The notes under the pieces were generated by a model. That model did not search any database, had not been told where the DNA came from, and was given only the letters and a program-made list of their open reading frames with translations. From the NCBI GenBank assembly GCA_012295275.1, contig CM022670.1, positions 29,760,001 through 29,824,000 of the forward strand: DNA of 64,000 nt, read 5' to 3'. Positions 43,600 through 54,795 of this stretch are shown here, in pieces. Each line of letters opens with the position of its first letter. The stretch's first letter is position 1. The position numbers were made by a program, and so were the translations under genes. This DNA is from Chrysomallon squamiferum (Eukaryota > Animalia > Mollusca).

Positions 43600-44335
43600 C
43601 AGTGCTACCTCGAGTTATGAGTGCTCCAACTTACGATTTGTCCGAGTTACAAGCAGTCGCCCGGTTGATTTTTTTTCCTTTTGAGTTACAAGCAAGCTTC
43701 AGCTTCGCCACCTCTAATTGGTGCAACAAACAACACAATATCTGCCCATGATCCTGCATCTCACTTGTTTGCTTCATGTGGTTACCTCGCCGCAGAAGCA
43801 TCTCTGTTGTGTTGTGCTCGCGTTTTGTGCAGTATTTTGCCAAATTTCCACAGATTGTAAGAAAATGAGTGCAAAGGACAGTGCTGAGAAGGAAAAGCGG
43901 ATGATGTCCATTGAATTAAATCTTGAATTCACAGAAACACATGAGTGAAGTGTGTGTCTGGTCGTATTAGTGTAGTACTTTTATATGTACCATACTGAAG
44001 CAGGAGTTGATAAAGGCTGTAACTCCAACAATATAATTTCTAAGCTGCAGACCTCTGTTCATGAAAAAATGGAGAAACCCTAACCCTGTACACTTTACAA
44101 AACTAATTTATTTATTTCAATTCTCTTTTATTTTGTTTTTATACTGTATTTGTCATTTACAAATACATTTTTCTTATTTAAAAACATGTTACACAAAATT
44201 GGGGAGGTTTTTGGAGGGCTGGAACGGATTAATGGTATTTCATTTAATTTCAGTTTGGAAAATTGGTTTGATATATACAAGCAAATTGAGTTACGAGTTT
44301 GGTCACGTTATGAATTAAATTCTTAACTCATGGTA
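43600..44335 (+). mobile_element. Non-autonomous Tigger/pogo DNA transposon, copy 2
   Basis: TA|CAGTGCTACCTCGAGTTATGAGT left TIR, right TIR truncated; colinear with 33999-34719; relic MSAKDSAEKEKRMMSIELNLEFTETHE*. Confidence 0.85.
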
Positions 44336-47300
44336 TATATATAGATCATTAGATAAAGATGTATGATGAAGCAACATATACATTTACATGAATTAAGCAT
44401 CAGTTTAATTTTGCAAATAATGTAAATAAACAAATATAACGAATAATTAAAGAAGCATGAGCAAAGTTTGTAGAACATGTGTTGTCATAGTTACTGGACA
44501 TAGAAATTATCATGTCTTACAATTCACAACTGAAATTCCAGACAGAGCTTATAATAAATATGAACAAAATGTTTGATGCTTTTTGTTTACTTATAATCAA
44601 GAGGAATTATCATTGTATGATCATTTAACTGTCTTAGTATTTTTGTTATAGATGACATTGGCAGTGTGCTTTATATATCTATATCTGTATCAATATATTT
44701 ATATTCATAAAATAATAGTTTCTTGGGGAAGAAATTCTATCATTTTCCATGAATTTATTTCTTAATTATTGTTTTATTTAGCAGTGTTCATTGTTCATAA
44801 AATAATAATTTAGAAATAATAAATGAATAAATAATTTTTTACTTATAACTTTCATTTTAGAACTTGTATCTCTATAATTATTATTGGTCTCTCAAATACT
44901 TCTATTTTTGTGAAGGCTTGAATATTAAAAAATGTCACCTGGAAATAGTATACTTAACTTTTTCACACAATTCATAAGCAAATTATTTATTTTTATCTAC
45001 CACAAAAGTGGTTCATTTCCCTTTTAAAATCTCAGATATGCAAATATGGCAAACATTCATTAGACATATTTTCTATGAAGAGTTCAGTGCATAAGCTTTC
45101 TTAAGATGTTTCTGTATATATACCCTCCATACATAAATATACACATATGTTCACGCACACACACACACACACACATCTAATAACTGTGTAGTCCCAGGCC
45201 TGTGTTACAAGTATAACAAAATAAACATTTAATTGATAACATTTAATGCTGAAAGTCTTCTCCATCCACTACATAGATATATTTACAATCATTTTTGAAC
45301 ACTTCATTATTTACTGATTTATGCAAGCATCTTATTTATATGTACATTACATTCAAATATCAACACAAGAGTTACTTATTGCATTTAACAAAAACCTCAT
45401 AGCAATGTGAATGCACAGCAAACCAAAATTCAGACATTTGCTGGATGATGAAGAAAGTAAAAATCTATTTACAGAATGATGATCAATTTACAAAACAACA
45501 GAGTTAAAAATAAGCATAAATGATATATTGGACAGTGGTTTCAATACATTTATTTTATTAATTGGTGTAAGTTACAATACCTAACGATGATGATTAAGTA
45601 AACTTTCATACATTTAAAATAAATAATTGTTCTCTTCAGTTGAAGAAGATTTTTAAGTGGCTATGTAGTAATTTATTAATGCATGCTGTTGTACTATATA
45701 TGAAATCATATATCTGGCATGGTTCAGGTTCAACACTGGAGGGAGATTTTGCAGATATAGAAATATGTTAATAAAATAAATAAAAACTTTTGGTTCATAT
45801 TCTTGTACAAATATTACGCAGGTTATAAACTATAATAACCTCATGATTTGTTTAAAAAAATCTGACTAGCAGATATAAAATCTTTCCTTGAAAAGTCAAA
45901 AATTCTCTTTCAAGGACAATAGACAAAAGACTGTGCCTAAATGAAATTAGTTAAAACTAAGCAGCCCCCAAAATAAGCAAATAATGAAATCCTGGACAAA
46001 CTTGCTTTGACAGAAAAAAAATATGTACTGCAATTTAAAAACTGTGATTTTCTCACTCAAGTATAGTTACTCATGTTCTGAATAATTTAAACAGAAAATA
46101 TTTCAGTATCAATAAATAGGTCTTTTTTATTTTATGTAATTCAATAAAATAAGACGTGTGTGATTCACCTTCTTATTTGAAACAATTAATCAAAAAGGAA
46201 AATCACATATACATAATAACCCCTCCAGAAATAAATATAAATATATGTTTTCAAGTCACACTTCACTTAAGATGTTTTGTGATTTTTCTCTTGAGCATTT
46301 AGAATTTAATAAACCAAATTATTTTTTGTGTGTGTGTGTGTGTGTGTGTGTGCGTGCATGTGCATTTGATCAAATAGGGCCTTTGTTCGAGTGTCTGAAA
46401 ATGAAATAAGTAAAAAGTAAATATTAATTATGAGGCTTTTTCAGTAATCATTGGGCAATTCATTTCAATAAAGTAGTTAGTTAAATAAATAAATAAATGG
46501 AGACAAATCAAAACAAAAAACAATTCTACATTTACAATTTGAAAGTCGTGGAATGTATTAAAACCTAGGATAAAACAAATAATGACCATTAAATTACATT
46601 GGTTTTGAAAGTCTCATATATTGTTTATTTTTTTTTTTTATTATATTTTTATCTTTTTAATTAATTAATATATTTGTTTATTTATTATTATTTAATAACT
46701 TTTGCTTTTAACAACAACAATATAATTCATAAGGGAAAACCTGCCACTTTTATCATTTTAGGATCCTGAGATAACTAACATTTCAGTGCCAAACACATTA
46801 TCAGTTTATTTAATTATTTTTTGCTTAAAAAATATAGATATATAAATAAGAAGTCAACAGCAGAAAATGTGAGAGAATTTAAAACTGTGAAGAAAACAAA
46901 TCCAAAGAATTAGTAAGTCTAAAATTATGAAGACACAACAGAAGAAATTGTAAAAATATATTAAAACATATTTTAAAATTCCTCAGTGTGAATAGAATGC
47001 AAAATCATAAAGTTTACAAAATTTTCACACTTATTTTAATTTTACAAGATAATTATAGATAAAAGGAAATGCCAGAAACAGCTTAAAAAAATGTTCCTGT
47101 AGGTTTCAAAATTCTATTCCAACAGTTTCATTCTCTTATATGTAATAAAATATAATATGTATATACATATGAGGATTTCATTTCAATAACACTTTTAAAT
47201 ACTCAGTATATTATCTTTTCTCATTTTGAATATAACTGTAATTATCAAATGGTTATAAAATATTGAATGAAATAAAAACAAAGAAATCCACAATTTTATA

Positions 47301-47869
47301 GGTACAGCCTATTTGGGAATTTACTCTTATAAACTGTTTGAAATTTCATTATACACCTGAAAATTGAAGTTTAAAACTTGGAACTGTTTTTTATCTGTAA
47401 TGCCAAAACAGCTGACCTTTAGATAAGACCATGTTTACTCTCTACCATCAGAACAAGATACATTAATAATCAAACATTTCCTATATTTGTTTCTGGAAAT
47501 GTATGAATGGATAAAGATATACCTCTTCTTGATAAACACATAAATTATTTCAGTAACATAATCAGAATATATAAGACTTAATTATGTCAGAGAAAACACT
47601 ACCATAAAAAAGAAAATTCCAAACAATGGATTTAAATAATGAATAATATCCCTTCAAAACCTACAAATGGACAAGTTTTTCGTGGATGTTTTTTCTCTTC
47701 TTTTTTTTTGTTTATATCTTTATCAAAATGTTTTTTGTTTTTTTTTACGTTACTTCAATCTGTCATCAAATGTCATATCTGCTGATTATTTCTTTAAATG
47801 TTTTGACTCCTCAGAAAAAGAAAAGAAAAGTCTCTCTACAGGTAACCAGTACCCAATTTTGTTAGTCCA

Positions 47870-50800
47870 TCAGGTGCAACTGGGCCAGTTGAGTCCCCCA
47901 CATGCCGCTGAGACGATGAAGTAAATAATAACCTGAAGTAAAACAAATTAAAATCTCATGAAAATATTTATTTGCTTATAATTGAAAATATTGTCATAGG
48001 AGAGGAAGAAAAGAGAGTTAATTCATGTTATAATAAAATTCATGTTATTATTATTTTCTTGAATGGACAAATCACAATTTAGCTAAGGACATGAAAATTC
48101 AGTCCACATGAATAACACAAAGGGAGCTTTTATGTATCTTCCCATGGACAGAAAAGCTCTTATACTGGTTATGGATTAAATGGTTGGAATGGCAACTAAA
48201 CAGTTATAACTATGAAAGTTTGATCTTGTGACATATCTCTCTTTCTACAAAGATATACTCACTCTAAGTACTAGAGATATACTTACTTACTTTTAGTGCT
48301 AAAAATAAACTTAATTACTCTTAGTACTAGAGGCATACCTTAAAATGTGTACTGTTGTTAATAATATTGATTTACAGTACTTACTATCAGTAGTATAGTA
48401 TACTTAATATCAGTACTAGATATATACTTAATATCAGTACTAGATATATACTTAATATCAGTACTAGATATATACTTACTATCAGTACTAGAGATATATT
48501 TACTTTTACCACTAGATATATACTTATTCTCAGTACTAGATGTATATACTTACTATCAGCCCTGGAAATATACTGTTATCAATACTAAAAGTATAATTAC
48601 TATCATAGCGATATACTTGACACCAGACTAGAGATGTATTTACTATCAGTACTAGATATATACTTACTATGAGTTCTAAACACATATTACTGTCATTACT
48701 AGAAATATAATTACTATCATCAGTACCAGAGATATACTTGACACCAGACTAGAGATGTATTTACTGTCAGTACTAGATATATTCTAATATCAGTACTAGA
48801 CACATACTACTATATATACAGTATGTCAGTACTAGAGACATAGAGAATACTGTAGATGTACCTACTATTTGTACAACCAATATACTTACTATCTGTACAA
48901 AAGATACTTAGTATCAATACTAGAGACATAGTTACCACCTTTACTACAGATAGAGTACTATCAGTACTAGATATACTTACTATCGGTACAAAAGATACTT
49001 AGTATCAATACTAGAGACATAGTTACCACCTTTACTACAGACAGAGTACTATCAGTACTAGATATACTTACTATCAGTATTATAGACATGCTAGTATTAA
49101 AACTAGAAGTATACTTACTATCAGCACTAGAGCTATTATCACAGTTAATTTGATGTTCTTCCACCACAGAGACCTAGCAAGACTTCGACTGGTTTTCTTG
49201 AATGAGACAGCCTGGAAAAGAAATTTAATACTTTAAATAATTAATATATTCATTTATTGATCTGTTTGCAAATAGTTGTGAAGAAATCTGGTGTTTGTCG
49301 TAGTGCGCAGATTTACATTAGTTTAAATATTTAAATATTATTTTAATAAGAGTAAAAGTATTGCTGTAGTAATCAGTAACAGTCTGGCAATAGTAAATAT
49401 GACAGTACTCTTGGTATTGTAATATTTAACAATAAATCTAACCTTTAAAAAAATACAATATCAGATCTATCTAGATCATATCATTTCATTTTAACAGTAC
49501 TATTAGTTCTACAAGAAGTTCTTTTGCATAGTCATGTATCACTTAAGATTGTGAACATCTTTTCAAAGCTAAAAGTAAAAATGAAAATGAACAGACATCT
49601 TTACTAACATTTGACTGAAGATCTTCGGTTTTGTCAACTAAAAGCTCAAGTCTTTCACCTCGTTCTGCAATTTGATCTACATTGGAATAAAGAAATAACT
49701 CATTAAAAATATCTTAGTGGTCCTCTTTTGTTGCCATTCTGTTTTGTTTTGTTGGCTTTTTATTGCTCATTTCAAAAAAAACTCCATGACAGAAACTGAA
49801 CATTAAATATTAAAACAAAAATGAATTTTAATGTAATTCTGGAATAAAGAAATAATTCACCATCATCAGATTCTGTTTTGTTTCTTGCTACTAAAAAGAA
49901 GTCATATTACAACTGAATGTAGAACACAATAAAAGCCAGGTAGGAAATAATTAATTTACAACTAAGTAATAATCACAATTTATCAATATTCCGTAAACAA
50001 AACAAAATTAAATTTACAGTATTTAAGCATTTTAAGAAAAACAAATAATGAAGTGTTTATTTTTTTGTGATATGCACTGACCAATATTCTTCACCATAAT
50101 TCCTTTAAGTTCATCTACTTGATCTTCTACTTTGGTCAGCTGGTCTGGTTTTTCTTCTGTGAAGTATCTCTAAAACAAAAGCAAGCACAACTATGCAGAT
50201 TAGTTTTATACAACAAGAGAAACATCCAACAATAACTACCACAATAAAATACCTTTTTAATCAATAAACAGCAAAGTATTATATTACCCTAGAGTTATAG
50301 GAAAATAATAAATAATATTTTAAGTGTTTACTGTCAACACTGTCAAATGTGCCAATAATTTGTTTTTAAATATTCTAAATATGACATCAGCCGAATTTTC
50401 AAACACCAAATTATATTTAAAATCCCTTGTTTTGTTTTTTCAGTGTTTTAAAAAGACACTGCAATGATACAACTGTAAATCTAGATGTTGTTTTAAACTG
50501 GATCTATTTACCATTTGTGATGCCATGGTCCTTGAAAATTCACTGTTCATGGCAAATGGCAGGGCAGTCTGTGCTCTAATGCCATACTGAGTCTGAAATC
50601 TGAAACACAAGAAAATGAGAACAAAAGTAAATGAACAAATCATAAACATCTAAGAACAGTATAAATAAAAAATGCACAAGCCAAATGATGTCTAATTGTT
50701 CACTATAATGACTGATATTTTAAAACAAATTTGTGTTTATACAAAACAAATTCTTTAGTTGTTAAAATCAGCAAACCTGGTCATCAATGGAATTGAACTG

Positions 50801-52113
50801 AAACAATTCAAACCTAACCATTGAGGTTTAATTCAAAAACTTATTATTTAATTATGTTTATAATCTAAAAATTCTTACATGTTATAAATGTCAGTCATTT
50901 CAAGTACATATATAAAATATCACAAGTGAATTTATCTGCTTTCATTATAGAAGGAAAATGTACCAGTTCAAATTAGCCCACTAAAGTTTAATTCAAGAAC
51001 TTATTACTTAATATAAAATTATATTTACAATGTAATAATTTTTATATCAGCTTAATTATATACTTCAGGACTTTATGTAGTAATAGACTTTAGAAAAAAA
51101 TTCATTAATTTAAGTAACATAATTGATTATAACAAGACAAACCTCCTTTTAATTTCATTAAGAAACAGAAATGCCCTTGATCTTTCAAATTCCTGAAATA
51201 AAAAAAGAGACATTAATTAAGATGTTACCAAGAATTAATTAACCAAAAAGGAAGAAAAACAAATAAATAACTGGTAAAATTTATAAGCTGAGTAATTATG
51301 CTAAAACATAAATATTTATATATGTACACATTTCAAAAATATATTATGAATGTAAATGTATTACAATTTAAAAAATTTGCATTAATCACAGAAACTAATG
51401 TAAAAATGTGTTAGCAATAGTAAAGCAATATATAATAATAACTGGAAGAAATTAAATAAGTGGAATGATAGAGATTGAGAACTTTAACTAATTTTCAAAA
51501 CCTGGAGGGAATTTGTTTATCATGACTTATTTTATTGTTTTTATATATATAATGAAAGATTATATATATACATAACTCAATGAATCATTTTTATCTTTGT
51601 AATATTATTAACATATTATTATTATACCTAATAGTACACAACAGTCATTAAGATGACATTCAATACTATATAGTTTAAATCATCATTATATCCATTTAAT
51701 ATGTACTTACATCATCTGTTATACACAGATATATAATGCTGTCTTCACAAATGAAATGGAACAGGTAACTGTATATATATATAAAAAAAAAAAAAAAATA
51801 GCATGTGTAATTAATAATAAAGAGAGAAATTAATATGAACTATGACTATATGTCCTCATGCACACACATTGTTTACAAATACATTACTTATTTTTGTTTT
51901 AATCATAGTTATTATTTATGTAATTTACATAACAATTATTAGCAAGTCAGTATTTTATGATATATACCTTCCATGGGAATATGTTAGTTTTGTGTTATCA
52001 GGACCAATTTTTGCAAGAATCTGCTCAGTGACTTCTGAGAAGTTTCCTGCACAACTGGCATACTTAGCAAGAACTGTTGGACCCCGAGCTACCACTGCAT
52101 ACAGCAATGGCAT
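47870..52113 (-). CDS. VAMP7: Vesicle-associated membrane protein 7 (longin R-SNARE)
   Basis: Exons 52113-51968, 51768-51711, 51192-51143, 50599-50512, 50169-50082, 49676-49609, 49211-49119, 47932-47870 give MPLLYAVVARGPTVLAKYASCAGNFSEVTEQILAKI...FERSRAFLFLNEIKRRFQTQYG...AMNSEFS...VDELKGIMVKNIDQIAERGERLELLVDKTEDL...WWKNIKLTVIIALVLIVIIYFIVSAACGGLNWPSCT*. Confidence 0.97.
48250..49131. repeat. Degenerate ~24-bp tandem array (with a 91-bp higher-order duplication) in the last VAMP7 intron, matching the exon 8 donor junction
   Basis: Plus unit TATATACTTACTATCAGTACTAGA versus real junction TATACTTAC|TATCAGCACTAGA at 49110-49131; 91-bp copies start at 48881 and 48972. Confidence 0.9.
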
Positions 52114-53488
52114 TTTACCTGAAAAATATATATTTTTAAAAGTCAGTTATATTTATAATTAATGAAAATTCTTAAAACTGGATTCCTCCTTAACTGGTAT
52201 TCTTTTTAGAGTGTTGGACCTGACACTGCTCTGTTTTGAGAAGTATAAAGTTTTAACAAAAGGATATAAACAATGATGGCAAATGTCACCAGTTTATAAA
52301 CACTTTCATTCATCAGGATTACTCTTTTATCTTTATTTATTTATTTAATTAGTTTAATATATAATATGTTACAATAATAATGTAATTCATAAGAGAAAAC
52401 CTGCCAGAGTTTTATCATTTAAGATCCTCAGGTAAATAATATTTAGTGAATATACATTATATATGTTGTTGTTTTTGTTGTTGTATTTTTCTGTTTTATT
52501 CACTTTTTTGTTTTTTTAATTTAAACTAATGATATTTCATGCACAAAAATAATTAAATAAATAGTGTAAACCCTCACGTTTTATTTCTAACTTTCAACCA
52601 ATTTTTAATGATAATTAAATATGGCAATAAAAAAAATATATGCTTATGAAGACATTTGAAGGAGTTTGTTGTTGTGGTTTTTCCTCTTAATCATAAACCA
52701 GACTCTGTTAATGTGTTATTATTCTTCAGTATTTACATTTTAAGTGTTGTTGGGTTTTTTGTTTGTTTGTTGTTGTTTTGTTTCATCTCATAATTTCCAG
52801 TGACAATAAAACAAGGTAAACCATTGTTATAAACCATGAGTACCAATGTATTTTTAAAACAAATAACAAATTTATTTTCTGGATCACAAAGGAAATTAGT
52901 GTTTTCAGCTGATTGAAATATTCTGGTATTTTAATCTATTTATGTGCGTTATTACACGAAAGTAATAAAATAATAAACGGTGTATTAGTCATTACAATGG
53001 ACAGTGTACTGTAAGAATAAAAGTATGACCATATAATGATATATATATCATTATTGCAAATTGCCCTGTTCAGACTATATTGTATACAGTATTATGAATA
53101 TACTCATGCATGAAAAGTATTGAAGTAACAAGTTACAATGGCGAGTGTGGAATTTATAGTGTTACTGATGTAACGAATGTTAAAACTATAACGAGTAACT
53201 ATATGTCCAAGTCTTAAACGCTGTAAAGAAGACAAGAAACTATATAAGAGACCTATGTCAAACTGTAAATGCTACAAGCAATAAAAGCGATGCTATCTGC
53301 TGCTCAAAACAGAAGCACACACTGCGGAGCTGGATGCGGTTTTTCACTTTTTGTTATTTGAATTTTGATGATGCTGATTCATATATATTATATTTATATT
53401 CGGCCATTAACTTTTTATTAAAATAATGCAGTACAATAAAAAAAAATTTAAAGATAAGAAAATATATATTTGTTAAGTGAATATCTAC

Positions 53489-53570
53489 CTTTCATCTCGA
53501 AGCTAATGCTTGTGCTACGTCTGAAGCTAAAACCTTGATTATTTCCGTGTTTATCAGGAAGTGACGGTGA
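53489..53570 (-). promoter_or_regulatory. Probable non-coding exon 1 and promoter of VAMP7
   Basis: Donor AAG|GTAGAT at 53489/53488, acceptor TTTTCAG|GTAAAATG before the ATG, CAGGAAGTGACG (ETS/CRE-like) motif near 53555. Confidence 0.55.
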
Positions 53571-54795
53571 AAGCTAATCATGTGAGTTTTTTCATCTCAA
53601 ACCGAAACACAAACAAGGGCAGCAGATCCTGACAATAATATAATTACAACCTCGGTAACAATAATACTATTGTATAATCTTACGTAAATTGGCGTAAATT
53701 GATTCACGGGAAAACTACATTGTTATTTCTTAAAATGACTGAAATTGCCAGATGCAGGCCATATCTGTGCGTTGTTTTTCTATTTCTTCCAGTATTATCT
53801 ATAATGTGTAGTCAGATATTTTTGAATTATTATAATATATTGGCTGTAAACATGTTCTGCTATCACTTGGGAACAAAAAAACAAAAACATTGCTACAATA
53901 ACAATGAACAAAAACAAAATACATTTGATAACATACTAATTATTTAGATCTCTCTGACATGACATCAGGACTTTTTACAAATCCATATATGTGTGAACTG
54001 TCATGTGTGTGTGTGTGTGTGTGTGTATGCATTTTAAATGTATTATCTTAGTCCATTACATATGTATACTCACCCACATACATGATACCCCTTCAAAACT
54101 GGTGAACTGAAACCAAAACTTTATTTCATAGGTTTTGGATTTGCATGGTCTTGCACTGTTTGAAACTATGTTCCTATTGGTTTTCGTTTTGAAGTATGGT
54201 GATACTGAAGCTTTATTGGCTATCCATTTATTTCATAATTACAAATAAGAAACAACATTTTGATGTTTTGCATTAACAATTTAATGCAATCTTTAATACA
54301 ATTCAAATACTGCATGTTAATTTTTAAACACACACACGCTGTGATTGTCTAAGAACTAGGTGTTTTACAAAGTCTTTTCATTAAAAACAATTTGCTTTAC
54401 ATTTCCTTATTTTTTAAAGTCAGCAAAGATCTTACTATGTATGTAATTTCATGATATATTAAAACTTAAGTACAAAATGTAATGTATGTAAGCAGAAGTT
54501 TTATTTATTAAAGATCCCACATCTTCTTCACCATTTCACTGTCAGTGAATACCACATAATGTTGTTTTTGTTTAAAGAAGTCTTGGACTTTCTTTCCTTT
54601 TTATTCTTTTTTTTTTGCCTCTGTGCATCACAGCATTTGCCAACATTATTTGTAGATGTGTTATATAAATCTTCTCTTTTACACAGAGCATTGGATATTT
54701 GAATATTTTGTATTAATATGGATGTTCAGATTTAGCTGCAGAGTATCAGCTGTTCATTAAATTTGTTGCCTTTTGTATGTTATTCTGTTCAGATC

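Noticed and set aside
48967-49167. 66-aa ORF MVEEHQINC...
   Set aside because: Alternative frame of VAMP7 exon 8 running into the tandem array.
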